The notes: generated by a model not told the origin, from the letters alone. A stretch of 64,000 nucleotides of DNA from Chrysomallon squamiferum (GCA_012295275.1 CM022666.1:5952001-6016000); one strand, 5' to 3'. Shown: positions 13,635 through 27,318, counted from the stretch's first letter. Numbers and translations: made by a program.

Positions 13635-13785
13635 CTAACTTAGGCTGTCGCTGACTTCACATTCGAATTGTTCATATCGGCGGCGACCTTGAACAGGTCT
13701 TATCATTTTTCCAGCTAGCATTTTCCCGGGGAACTGTTTTTTACAGATCTCTGGCAATGAAAAGATAATATCTGCTTTCTTAGAA
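13635..13785 (-). promoter_or_regulatory. Putative non-coding first exon and proximal promoter of copy A
   Basis: CAGCCTAAGTTAG|GTAAGT donor at 13635, homologous to ~27880-27915 and 34012. An 11-codon uORF spans 13675-13640, and the GAS-type motif TTCTTAGAA is at 13777-13785. Confidence 0.55.
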
Positions 13786-13879
13786 TTCTTTATCTTCTTT
13801 TATACTATTATTTGTATCCATTTATTTTTAAAATTGTATAGTTGGTAATCGTGTTGACATGTACATTCACGTTACGAGT

Positions 13880-14110
13880 ACATTCACAGCCAGCGAGGTC
13901 ACTGTAACTTTGACATTGTAGAGTGAAAAAGTGGGCCGTGTATTTTGTGTCAGCTGCGTCGCTTAGATAAATTGCTATTTATAAACACTGCTCGGGTAGA
14001 AACTACTGTTCAAGATAACGAATGTACTGGTGATTTTAAAAGTTTTCCAGTCAGCTACCATTGTTATTATTGTCCGTTTTTTTTAGACAGCAAATCAAAC
14101 AGTTAACTAT
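13880..14110. repeat. Conserved non-coding block of the duplication unit (also ~23240-23480, ~37650-37860, ~47370-47520, ~49370-49620)
   Basis: cagccagcgaggtcattgtagctttgactcagagtgaacacgtggg...gctatttataaacactgctcgggtaga recurs five times. It contains TATAAATA on the minus strand and TGACTCA in some copies. Confidence 0.8.
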
Positions 14111-14211
14111 TAAAACGTAAATGATAACCACATAAAACTTTTTTCATTTAGTGTATTTATGTTGCTGTTGTTTTTTGTTTTGTTTTTTTTAGAATTTAAT
14201 ACAGAATTTAC

Positions 14212-14475
14212 CTTTTTCATAATTTCACTGATCACTTTTTCTCCATATCTGTAACAGCAATACGTGACATAGTTCATGGTTCTGTTCGTAGATTTTGTCA
14301 TCACAACAGTTTTGTCCTGGTTTACACAAGACTTTTCACACACAATATCTACTCAAACAACAAGTTTTTTTTCTCTATACAGAAATTTGTTTAATGTTAC
14401 AGATACAATGACACTGATGAGTATGAAGCTTAGTACCATAAGAGAAATGGCAATGACTGGACGAATTGGTACCAT
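14212..14475 (-). pseudogene. Orphan, frameshifted first coding exon of a TNF-family ligand
   Basis: MVPIRPVIAISLMVLSFILISVIVSVTLNKFLYRE is followed by an A8 run (7 nt in intact copies), giving a +1 shift and a stop. No downstream exons follow. Confidence 0.85.
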
Positions 14476-14574
14476 TTTGTGTAACAACTTTTATTTCCTT
14501 TAGAAGTAGCCTGTAAATTTTACAAAAAAAAAAAAGAAAAAAAAAAAAAAATGTATTAGTAATAAATAATACCA

Positions 14575-14630
<56 letters not shown>

Positions 14631-14776
14631 GATACAAATACTCACCACTGAAATCCAAAAGGCAGCACAGCGATGTCTACAGGAGCAGATATCTGATGCC
14701 ACAAAGTTTGTCTCCAATTGTTGATGATGGTAAGGTTTTTTTTTATATCACTGGAAAAAGGTGGAAATTGTACTAA

Positions 14777-14838
<62 letters not shown>

Positions 14839-16812
14839 AATAAAAAAATAAAATAAAATAAAATAAAATGTGAAATAAATAAAAATAAAAATCGGAATAA
14901 ATAACTGTAGTGATCCATCTATTTTTATAGGGCCAGGTATCAAAAATGTGTCAGAAATATCTCCCTGTGACGGAAGAATCTTCCTCAAAATGGCCTGTGT
15001 GAAGTGAAAAAAACATCCTTTGACAACGATTCTGGAAAATAGTAGTGGAAATTAAACACGGGTTTTATGAATGTTTGCATAATACGCGTTGGCACACACA
15101 CGCGTACATTTTAACGTGAAATAACTGAATATTTCAGGATTTACATGTAAAGACTGGCTTCACTAATTGACTGTAATATATATAACTATGTGATGCGTAT
15201 ATTATTTAAAAAATATTGTTAGGATTTGTAAGTTTTGTTGTATTTTCTTATATTTTTACTTTTTTAGATAAAGTTTGATGTGTTTCCTCACTGAATACAG
15301 AACACAATGGATTTTTGTTGCCACAGTTTTTTCTTATTAGATTATTCACGTGTTCATACTTTTGTTTAATAGATGTTACTTGTGAGTGGATTTCTTTGAT
15401 GTTTGTCAAGTTTTGAATCCTACTGTTGTTGTTGTTGTTGTTATTATTATTATTATTATTAATTTATTTGTTTATTTATTGGCATTGTTGTTGCTGTTGT
15501 TGCTATTTATTTATTTAATTAATGTATTTAGTTTATTTATATGGAGATTATATTTATTTAATATTTATTTTATACACAGATAATATTTTTTCAATTAATT
15601 TTGTTAAATAATGTTTACTGTACTCGGTAACACACACATTCTTTGGACAGTTGCTAGTATTTCAAATAACATCATATTTATAATTGATGTTGGCTTATTT
15701 TTGTCACGTTAACGTTTTCCGATAATTAATAATCAATACTCTCTTTCTCCGGGAACTGGACTTTCCATCAAAGCTATGAATAGATGTGATTCAGAAAAGT
15801 ATTGTTATAAATAAATAAATTTGTTGTTGTTGTTGTTGTTGTAGTTTCTGTTGTCGAAAATTCAAATGAATATCGATACTTTTTTAATGAAATGCTCGGT
15901 TGATTCATTAACAAAACAGTAACTATGTCAGGAACGCCATTTGCAACACAAAGCACTATTCACAAAATGTGTGTGTGTGTGTTTGTGTTGTGTGTGTATA
16001 TATATACACACACACACATACATACATATATGTCTACTTTGTTTGAATCTATTTTTATTTTATTTTTATTTTGTTATATTTATTTATTTGCTCTAGGTTT
16101 CGTAGTTAAAGCATAGTCATTTAACATACTATAAATAAAATGAGCAAAGTTAATTTTTGTGTTTTGTTCATAAATAAACTGCATATTATAGTTGTTAATA
16201 GTAGTAGCAGTAGTTGCTGTTGTTGTTGTAGTTGTTGTTTTTGTTGTTGTTGCTACGATTGTTTTTGTTAAATATAGAGTACCGCGTAATTTCTAGTCCT
16301 GTGTCAACTGAGCCATAAACAACAAAATGAAAACATGTAGTCTGTGTATCACACAGTGTAAAGTTCCAGCCCGGATTTGTCATCTTACACGTAATCAGAA
16401 TAAATAAGTGTAGTGATCCATCTATTATTACACAGCCAGGAATATATTATTGTTGTTTTTATTTTTCTTGCTACGATTGTTTTTATTCAATATATAGTAC
16501 CGCGTAATTTCTATTCCTGTGACAACTAAGCCATAAACAACAAAAGGAAAACATGTAGTCTGTGTATCACACAGTGGAAAGTTCCAACCCGGATTTCTTA
16601 CTTCACACGTAATCAGAATAAATAACTTTAGTCATCCATTTATTATCACACAGCCAGCGATATAAAATTGTTGTTGTTGTTGTTGCTGTTGTAGTTTCTG
16701 TTGTCGAAAATTCAAATGAATATCGATACTTTTTCTTTTTCTTTTTTTCATGAAATGCTCGGCCAGGAACGCCATTTGCAACACAAAGAACTATTCACAA
16801 AATGTGTGTGTC

Positions 16813-16990
<178 letters not shown>

Positions 16991-17205
16991 GGTTCATAAT
17001 AAGACTAGGAAGGTTCAGAACTAATGCGACTGGTAATTAGACGTGACGCGCTGATGTGGGCAGTGAATAACTAAACAATACAAAGATTTAAACAAAAACA
17101 TAAAACAGATCGACAAAATGAAAAATAATATAAAGGGATACAGCATTTTAAACTTAAACAGTGTCACTGTTATTCTGTTTAAGATTTGTATTTATAAATA
17201 TATAA

Positions 17206-17251
<46 letters not shown>

Positions 17252-17609
17252 TATTTATCTTATTTATTTATTATATTTACTTTAATTTCTATCTTTTTTT
17301 ATAATACAAATGCATATATATATATACACACACACACGCATACACATACATACATATATGTCTGCTTTGTTTGAATCTATTTTTATTTTTTATTTTTTTG
17401 TTATATTAATTTATTTGCTCTAGGGTTCGTAGTTAAAGCATAGTAATTTAACATACTATGATTAAAATGAGCAACGTTGTTTTTTGTGTTTTGTTCATAA
17501 ATAAACTGCATATTATAGTTGTTAATAGTAGTAGCAGTAGTTGCTGTTGTTGTTGTAGTTGTTGTTTTTGTTGTTGTTGCTACGATTGTTTTTGTTAAAT
17601 ATAGAGTAC

Positions 17610-17821
17610 CGCGTAACTTCTATTCCTGTGTCAACTAAGCCATAAACAACAAAAGGAGAACATGTAGTCTGTGTATCACACAGTGTAAAGTTCCAGCCCG
17701 GATTTGTCATCTTACACGTAATCAGAATAAATAAGAGTAGTGATCCATTTATTATTACAGGGCCAGGAATATAAAATGTCTCAGAAATATCTCCCTGGGA
17801 CGGAAGAATCTTCCGCTTGTA
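17610..17821 (-). pseudogene. Best-preserved copy of a repeated exon-like module of unknown protein family
   Basis: Stop-free frame YKRKILPSQGDISETFYIPGPVIINGSLLLFILITCKMTNPGWNFTLCDTQTTCSPFVVYGLVDTGIEVTR. Related pieces occur at ~600-745, 8050-8155, 14890-14985, 16280-16445, 16500-16665, 34550-34800 and 35260-35400. Confidence 0.45.
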
Positions 17822-17899
17822 AAAGTCGATTCAGCAATTCCCGGATTAAAATTCACCTTGGGAGTGGTAGGGGTTACGGGCTTTTGTTTCGCAGAATGA

Positions 17900-18430
17900 T
17901 ATGGCGACATGATGTACTCCTCCCATTTGTCGCATTTTTATCCCAATCTTAAAAGATGTCCAACGACATCCAATAGATCTTGAGTCTTCCTCAAAATGGC
18001 CTGTGTGAAGTGAAAAAAGCATCCTTTCACCCCAGCTTGTGGAAATTCAGTCTCAGCTGCGCGGTTTGCAGCCAGTTCAAAGTCTTTGTCCATGCTTCTT
18101 GTATGTTGACAGCGGATCTAGTCTGTGCTGGGGCAGGTATCAGAACTCGTCGCTGTCTGTACAATGCACTGCTCATGCTGGGAGAGGAAGGCAAATGAGG
18201 AAGAGTTTCTGATTGTTGCTCTGCAACCTCATCATTGTGTACTTGCTGCGTTTCTGCTGTTTCTTCTCTTGCTCGCTTCCGCAGTATGCTAATAAACTAA
18301 GCAACATTAGGATCACTTGGAAGACGGTTGTCTTCTGGTATGTTCCGAATAAAATCGCAGACATTGGTGCACATTTTTGTCACGCATCTCCAGTGAACAC
18401 GTTCCCCTCTGGTGCGATTCTTTGCATATA
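17900..18430 (-). mobile_element. Internally deleted MULE transposase relic
   Basis: The minus strand gives LRKRAREETAETQQVHNDEV..LPHLPSSPSMSSALYRQRRVLIPAPAQTRSAVNIQEAWTKT. After a deletion it gives FPQAGVKGCFFHFTQAILRK, the MULE CxFH motif. A ~40-bp piece recurs at ~14980-15020. Confidence 0.8.
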
Positions 18431-19710
18431 GAAATCCGTCCAATATTATATGGTGTACCTTATATGTGACTGAACAAATTTGACCCTTCTAAGATCAACC
18501 ATGACTACAAAATTTAAATCTATTTTTCGTAGGTGTATGTAGTTAATGTATAAAAAAAACTTTTATATGTTATGTCTGTGATCACCTATGGTTTAAATGT
18601 TTGATCATTGAAATATAAGACATAGGTCGTCAGACAAAATAATCTTTGATATAAAAACAATGTCTATCTGAAGTGAAATGAACTGAATACGGGTGTTGCA
18701 GTGAAGAAGCCCATGAGCTAAACTCTAAAAACATGGACTTCATAAAACACAGTATCTTGACATTTGTTAAATCCGTTTAGCAGACTACAGTTAAGATCTC
18801 CTTGTTGCTTGTGTAGAATTGGTAGATATAATATATAAAAACAACAAAAAGGCGGTAGCTTCCTGAACAAATTGGAACTGTACCACTAAAGCAGGCAGGG
18901 GGGGTACAGGGTATATCACATGACCCAATAAAGAGTTTTGTCTATCAAAATGGCATGTTTGTCTCTTGAGAAGGGGGGAACCGCGAGGAGGATCAAGCGA
19001 TAAGATCCAGAACACGCTGACAAATAACGCAAGTCCCTTTGCTTTTCCACAAAAGAAAAGAAATTATATTAAAATGTTTTATTTATTTATTGTTAGCGAA
19101 CAACTGTGGAACAATTCCAGGGTAACGGTCGCTGTCCACTGAACGCACTGTGTAACTAGATATGTAGATGTTTTCTCTTCTGTATTAATCCTTACGTGAT
19201 TGTTGTGACCGATTACAATCATTCTATCCATCTGTATTATTCTTTATTGCTTTACTGAATGTTCAGACTTCTCAAGTTCGCCAGTTTTGACAAAAATCTA
19301 TTGGTCTGCATTCTAAAGACCATACATCAAAGAATACAGCTCACCATCCTTGTTGAAATGGGTATTATTAAAAAGACACTTTGACAAGGATTCTTGAAAT
19401 AGTAGTGGTAATTAAACATGAGTTTTATGCATGTACGCTTTCACACACACAAATACATATTAACATGAAATAACTGAATATTTCAGGATTTACATGTAAA
19501 GACTGGTTTCACAAACTGACCAGAAATATATATATAAATATGTGATGCGTGTATTAAGTAAGAATATTGTTAGGATTTGTAAATATTGTTGCATTTTCTT
19601 ATATTTTTACTTTTTTAGATGAAGTTTGTCGTGTTTTCCTCACTGAATACAGAACTCAATGGATTTTTGTTGCCACAATTTTTTCTTATTAAATTATGCA
19701 TGTGTTCATA

Positions 19711-20138
19711 ACGGAATACATGCTCAGATCGATGCAAAGACAATCAAAAACTGTCACATGAAACCCATGACGAGAGGTTCTGTAATGGATGCTCAAAGAA
19801 GTGGTCGCCCCTCCAATTCCAGTGATCCGCAGATGGTGAAAACACCATCTTTGCACTTGAATAACAGATTTCCAAACTTCGATGCTATCTGGGCACGTTC
19901 TTTTAGAGTCGACTTTCTTCGCATCTTAATAGGGTTTTTGAATTTGAAACGAAATAATTAATCTGAAAAGAAAAACAATAATACTTTTAAATAAAATAAT
20001 CATCTGAAAAGAAAATAACAATCTAGATTTAATTTTCATATATTAAATAACATACATGAAGGAATTGAGAAAAAAGTAATTGCAAATTAAAACATTATGA
20101 ACTGTTTAAAATAGGGAATGACTTTTCAGTCACCCTGC
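19711..20138 (+). mobile_element. Truncated Tc1/mariner-type fragment
   Basis: TRGSVMDAQRSGRPS resembles the TGSV.D..RSGRP HTH linker. The right end gacttttcagtcaccctg (CAGGGTG-type terminus) interrupts a block that is contiguous at ~15350-15380. Confidence 0.55.
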
Positions 20139-20419
20139 ATATTACTTGTGAGAGCATTTCTTTGATGTTTGTCAGGCTTTGAATCCTAATGTTATTGTTG
20201 TTGTTATTATTATTATTTTTGTTGTTATTATTATTATTATTATTAATAATAATTTATTTGTTTATTTATTGGCATTGTTGTTGTTGTTGTTGCTATTTAT
20301 TTATTTAATTAATGTATGTATTTTATTTATATGGAGATTATATTTATTTAATATTTATTATATACACAGATAATATTTTGTTCAATTAATTTTGTTAAAT
20401 AATGTTTACTGTATCTCAG

Positions 20420-20465
<46 letters not shown>

Positions 20466-20860
20466 TATTCTTTGAACATTTGCCAGTATTTCAAATAACA
20501 ACATATTTAAATTATGCTGTTGGTTTGTGTCACGTTAACGATTTCCGAGAATTAATAATCAATACTCTCTTTCTCCGGGAACAGGACTTTCCACCTAAGC
20601 TATAAACAGATGTGAGTCAGTAGTTGAACATTTATGGGAATCATATTACTAGTAGACAGATTCAGAAAAGTATTGTTATAAATAAATAAATTTGTTGTTG
20701 TTGTTGTTGTTGTTGTTGTAGTTACTATTTGTTGAAAATTCAAATGAATATCGATACTTTTTCTTTTTCTTTTTTAATGAAATGCTCGGTCGATTCATTA
20801 ACAAAGCAGTAACTTGGTCAGTAACGCCATTTGCAACACAAAGCACTATTCACAAAATGC

Positions 20861-20893
<33 letters not shown>

Positions 20894-21224
20894 TCTTGAG
20901 ATTAAGGTTTCCGAGAAGAAACAACATTTTTCAAGAACCGAGCTTTTCCGTTACATGTAATCGTTAAATATAATATTCATAAATAAACAGACGTGAACTT
21001 ATTACTTCTGTTGTACTGGTTGCTATTGTTGTAGTTCTTCTGATTATCATCATTATTATTATTAATATTACGATTGCTGCTGTCATTGTTAAATAAAGAC
21101 TGCAGCGTCATTCTGATCACGTTTTCAGTTACTGATTCTAATCGATATATAACAATACTATCACGTGCCGGGATTTCCAGTAAGCAATCAGTATGTCAAG
21201 GTCGGTGTATTTATAAAGGAACTA

Positions 21225-22667
21225 TACTGTCCCAAAAAAAGAAACACAAAATAGTTGTAAACTCACACATATCGATCTATATAATGTATGAATAGAATGA
21301 CACTTGGCGCTTCAAAAGTATAGCTTTTTGTTACAGTCGCCAAAAAGCACGTAACACAAAATAAAGGTTATGTTTATTAGCCAAAACGTCCCCGCATGCA
21401 AACCACGTTACCAGAGCATCTGCACGTGCGCAACATGAAACTTGAATACGAGGGTTATAAAAATGCTAGGTTTTCTTCTGTTCGTTATTTTTGGGATGAC
21501 CCAACATCAAACAAATGGCACGACTGAGTGAACCGCAACGAAACAACGCCATCGGCAGTTTACAAGCTGGCGAATCCTTCTCGGCCGTAGCCCGGGTGTT
21601 CCATGTAACCCCAAGCACCATCTTGAGATTGTGGCATCGGTTCCAGCAAAACCAAACAACACGTGACCGTCCCAGATCAGGTAGACCACGTGTAACCACC
21701 AGGACCGCTACATACGGGTACTTCATCTACGGGAAAGAATCACCACGGCAATACCAGGTCTGCGTAGAATATCGGCTAGACAGTGCGCAATCCTTTACGC
21801 GAGATAGGTATTCGAGCAAGACGGTCTGTAAGAAGAGCAGTTTTGACTCGACAACATCGTCGACTACGATGTCAGTGGTGTCAAGTGCACAGAGTCTGGC
21901 CTTAATTGCGATGGAGAACTGTCTGGTTTAGTGAAGCGGCTCGATTTCTGCTTCGTCGATCTGATGGAAGATGTCGAGTTTACAGACGTCGTGGTGAACA
22001 TTTTACTGCAAACTGCATACAGGAAGCGGACAGATTTGGCGGTAGTAGTGTGATGGTGTGGGCAGCAATCTCATACACTGGCAGGACCAACCTGGTTCAC
22101 ATCCAAGGCAACTTAACGGCACAAATACCGAGATGAAATTTTGCAGCCACATGTCGCTCCAATTATGAATAATGGGAACGCTGTATTCCAGCACGACAAT
22201 GCGAGATCACATACAGCCAGACTCACAACAGCGTACCTACACAACAATAACATTCAGTTCCTGTCCTGGCCCTCTAAATCTCCGGATTTGAACCCTGTAG
22301 AGCATTTATGAGACGAGTTGGATAGACAACTGAGGCAGCATCAACCGCAGCCACAGAATGGTGCTCAGTTGGCATTATTACTACAGACAGAGTGGGCCAC
22401 CATTCCACACGGTGTAATTCGTAATGTCATTACTGCCATGGGAAGGAGATGTCAGGCAGTTCTGGACTCCCATGGTGAGCACAAAAGATACTGATATTAT
22501 ACTGTTATAACCTTGAACTTTAACCTTTTCAATTTAATACCATCAATATTAATGAACTGCGAAAATGTGTGTAAAATGTGAACATTCTGCTGCTTTCTGT
22601 TGATCCATTAGACAGATATTCCCAAAGTCAATAAAATCTACTTTTGCATTTCTTTTTTATTAGAGTA
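21225..22667 (+). mobile_element. Near full-length, inactivated Tc1-like transposon
   Basis: Imperfect TIRs tactgtcccaaaaaaagaaacaca / tgcatttcttttttattagagta, flanked by TA. The transposase spans 21515-22494 (MARLSEPQRNNAIGSLQAG..RPRSGRPRVTT; VWFSE; FQHDNARSH; WPSKSPDLNPVEHL*DEL) with frameshifts and a stop. Confidence 0.92.
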
Positions 22668-24159
22668 TATCATCTGATGTAAATTTAGCTTTCATGACTC
22701 CATGCGTATAAGTTAGGTCACGAAAAATTGCGTCCTATTTTTGTGGTACTACGGTGTTTTTATGCTGTGTACTGGAGTAGACACTGACATGCGCAGTTAG
22801 GCAAAACTATGATAAAATGGAAGTGTACAGGTAAAAAAAATGTTAAAATATAAGGTTATTCAACTTACTGGGTAAAAAGAATTAAGTTGGGTAAACGTGC
22901 ATTGTGGAACATCTACGAACGTGCATACTATTATGTCAGTTTAATTAATCTTTGCAGTCAGTTCTTGCATGACACCAATCAGAGCAGAGGTCAGCTGGAA
23001 AAATAACAACAAACACAAACAACACCAAAACAAAAAACACCAAAATAAAAAATAAAAAAATAAAAAACAATAACAAACAAAAATAACAATACAAGCAAAT
23101 CACAAGGAAAACGTAACAACTGACAATTAACCAGGTAGTTTGTTATTTTTTATTCAATCACTCTTTAGTAGTCTAATCCTAAATAAATTACAAAAAATGT
23201 AATCCAGAACATCTACATTATCTAATTTCAAATTAGCCAGCCAGCGAGGTCATTGTAGCTTTGACTCAGAGTGAACACGTGGGCCGTGCATTTTGAATTA
23301 GCTGCATCGCTTAGATAAACAGCTGTTTATAAACACTGCTCGAGTAGACCTACTTTTAAAGATAAAGAGTGCACTGGTGAGTTTTAAAGCTTTTCCATTG
23401 AGCTACCATTGTTATTGTCCGGCTTTTCAGACAGCAAATAAAAAAGTGAAGGACGACTGCTGGAACTATTAAAATGTAAACATGATATATGTGTGTGAAT
23501 GTGCACGTATGTAGGTATATCTATATAAGTATATGATATGTGCATGGTTATATAACAGCAACATTTAACATACTCTGTATAAAGTTAAAAAAAAAATTCT
23601 TCATAATATAAAAATTAAATCATGTCACTGACTGGTGTAGAAGTAAATAGTAAGTTGAAAAATGCTCTAATTAATTTTAATTGTTATTACAAAAACAAAG
23701 AAAGATTGGCAAAAAAAAAAAAAAAAGAACGAAAAAATTACAAATGCAGAACAAGACATCTGTAATACTTTTAAAGTAACTATTCAAGTAATACAAAATA
23801 ATGAACAGGTGACAAGAGGTGTCTCTGTAGTCTTTATTGAACGACAATAACAGAAGCAATAAATAATTATAATGATTATAGTGATGATGATAAATTTAAT
23901 AATAGTAGTAGCAGCAGCACTAATATAAATAGTATAATTAAGAATAATACTAATAATAATGATTATATAGTAATAGTAGTGGCAGTAGTAATGGTGTTGA
24001 TGATGATAATAAAATTAATAATCATAATATTTATGATTCTGAAATGCTTCTAAAAAAACTAAAGAATTCCTTAAATAGATTGTTTATTATGCAAGCTGAT
24101 ACATGAAATTCTAATTGCAACATATATATATATATATATATATATAAACATACTGTATA

Positions 24160-24550
24160 AAGAACATCCTTTTTAACAGGAACATCCATTCAATTTATAT
24201 ACAAAATCACTGACTAGAGAACACATTTTACATAGAACATTCCTAGAACACATTCACTGTACAAAGAAAAGCCATTATGCATGGAGTATTCTTTATCATT
24301 GAACACATAAAATTAATCCACCATAGAAGAACAGTCACTGTTCACTGAACATCTACTGTACTTGAGAAACCAATGTACAGTCTAACATAGAACATCTGTA
24401 CAAGATCATCTTTTTACACAATAGACTACAGAACATCCACTGTATTCAGTACATCTACTGCAGAAGAAAACATATTGCACATAGAATATCAACTGTACTA
24501 GAGCATCCATTGTACAAAGAAAATCCAGTGTATAAGAATATCCATTGTAA
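24160..24550. repeat. Degenerate ~19-20 bp tandem repeat (agaacatccactgtac), paralogous to ~38160-38480
   Basis: Recurring agaacatc(c/t)a(c/t)tgtac units. Confidence 0.75.
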
Positions 24551-25089
24551 AATAATAGTAAATAAAACCTGATGATGTAGACAATAAAATTCGGAATGAT
24601 GAGGCTGACAGTAAGCTTAATCCCAAGGCGTAGATTAGTTCATCTGCTTTGCTCTTGTAGCAACATATAAATTATCTGTTAATTCTCGACTATCTGTGAT
24701 TATAGAAGCAATGTTTTTAATGTTAAAAGAGGAGGACACGTGAACATCATTCAAACTGTTTTCGTTTGATTTGGTCCAGTCTAACGTACTCTATTGTGAA
24801 GTGAAAAGTTGTCAAAGTCAAACGATAAGCAAAACATGCTCGTTCTCATATAGAAAGTCGGACAAAGAATCATTTGATTAGGTCACCAGACAGAGGAAAT
24901 TATTCTGTGACCTGTTAATTTTAACATTAAAAATATACTGACAGTAAATTAATTTGTGAACTTTTACTTTTGATAAACGAACTTAGAACTGAGCAGTTAT
25001 TTATATCATAATTCTTTGTGTTTTAAACTGAACTTAAATTTTCATGACTCCCCTAACAATTCCTTATTCAAGATGTTCGTGTGTTTCTC

Positions 25090-26093
25090 TCAGAGCATAT
25101 ACAGTCCAAAGTAGGTTGTCTGAGGATCTCTCACAATTCTGTTCACAACTGATGTTCTCACCACTACAGTGTCATTGGCTTTCAGGTAGTAAACAGCTCC
25201 AATGTAGGAAGTAACAAAACCTTCCTGCTTTCTTCGTACTTTGCATGTTGTTTGAGGATTTCTGTATAGTACAACATAATTTGGATATTTTTCAATTGAG
25301 TGACACAGCCTAGCGTATTCTAGCTCTCTCATTTGGTTGGCATGGAATAAAACGTTGCTGTATATGAAGTAGTAAGCAGCGTGTTTGACTTGAATCCCGT
25401 CAGCGACAACAGCAGCAGCTCCTTTCACAAACGATCTTTTACCAGACGACGTCCATTTGATGAGAGGCTTCGGTGTGTCTGAAAAGTTTGTAAGAACAAA
25501 TTATAATTAAATAATATTTTTATTTTAAATTGTCAGCAGTTATAGTTAGTATTACTAATATATTTGTGCAACTACTTCAAACTCCTGCTTTTGACTACTA
25601 GTGTTTCTAGTGATATTATCACTAGTAACACTGCTAGTACTATTCTTATCATAATTTCTTCTATTATTCCCGAACCACCACTTATAACGAAGTGATTACT
25701 GCTACTATTACTTTTAATAGACAACGTTTTAAGTAACTACTATTATTACTTCTATTTTACTACTACCACATATATTTACCAAATCACATCTTTTAACCGA
25801 GTACAACTGCTCTACTATTACTATCACTACTACTACTACTACTACTGCTGCTACTACTATTACTACTACTGATACTACTATTACTAGTACTCTACTACTA
25901 CTACTACTGCTACTACTATTACTACTACTGCTACTACTATTTGTTTTCTTACTTTTGTCATATGTTGCATTCACTTCCATTTGTAGATGAGCCGATGTCT
26001 TTACATTGTTTTTATTATTCAGACGATGAGCGACCTCTCTGATCTGTTTAAGTTTCTGTTCTGAAATATATATATATATATATATATACACAT

Positions 26094-26130
<37 letters not shown>

Positions 26131-26953
26131 TAGACACTCCCACACATCCATACACTGATACTGTATACATATATAGACTCGTACACACCTACATGCAAAT
26201 ACATTATTATAAAAACTTTTGTGGAATTTTAAATTATGTGTGGTTATATGTTTCTATTTGTGTGTGTGCCTTTTTGTGTTTGTGTCTGTCTGTGTTTGTT
26301 TGTCTTTGCCTTTATGTGTTTGTATCCTTGTGTGTTTTCTGTGTTTATGCGACTATCTTTTATGTATGTCTGTGTGTGTATATATGTCTGTGTTAACTTA
26401 CCACTTTTCTCAGCTTTTGTATGACTTTCACTCAGTTTCTAAAAGAACGTTAATAACCAATTTGAAACTAGTCCACAATAATCAGTTTTAAATTTATAAA
26501 TATTTTTCAGCACTATTAATTTCTCCTTTTCATAATTCACATATTATTATTTCATTTATAGTGAATTTAACTTTTTATTATTTTTATAGAGAATTTACCT
26601 CTTTCATAATTTCATATTTCCAGAAAACATTTTTTTTATTCAGTTAATGTATTTATGGAATATAAGTTTTTAGAATTAAATACAGAATTTACCTTTTTCA
26701 TAATTTCACTTATCACTTTTTCTCCATCTCTGTAACAGCAATACGTGGTATTGTTCCTGGTTCTGTTCGTAGATTTGTCATCACAACAGTTTTCTCCTGG
26801 TTTGCACGAGATTTTCACACACAGTTCCTGCTCAAACAACAAGTTGGTTTCTCTGTTCAGAAATTCTTTTAATGTTACAGATACAATGACAAAGATGAGT
26901 ATCAGATTTAGTACCATAAGAGAAATGGCAATGGCAGGAAGAATTGACTTCAT
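25090..26953 (-). CDS. TNF superfamily ligand, TRAIL/TNFSF10-like, copy B (264 aa, intact)
   Basis: Exons 26953-26693, 26438-26402, 26060-25953 and 25478-25090 are all GT-AG with consistent phases (795 nt). The protein has an N-terminal hydrophobic anchor and a Cys-rich stalk. TNF-domain motifs are TSAHL, IKW, GIQV..AYYFIYSNVLF, SYIGAVYYLKANDTVVV and TYFGLYML*. Confidence 0.93.
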
Positions 26954-27006
26954 TTTGTGTAACAACTTTTAATTCCTTTAGAAGTAATCTGCAAAACATG
27001 ACAAAA

Positions 27007-27037
<31 letters not shown>

Positions 27038-27318
27038 ATATTATTAGCAATAAATACACACTGTTTGGAATGCTGCTTGATATAATTTGGATATTTTTGT
27101 ATTGAGTGACACACAGACACACACACGCATATACCTACTCTGCACATTGCATCGTTTTCGAAAGCTGCCGTCTAGGAGAAAGTCGAAGACGTAATTGTGC
27201 CAGTAACTGATGTTGCAGTGACACAGTGACACAGCTGTAAAGGTTCTGTACTATCGTAAACTGTATATCGATCGTAAAGTGCGATTCTGATAAGGCTAAA
27301 GCAAATGCACAATATATC

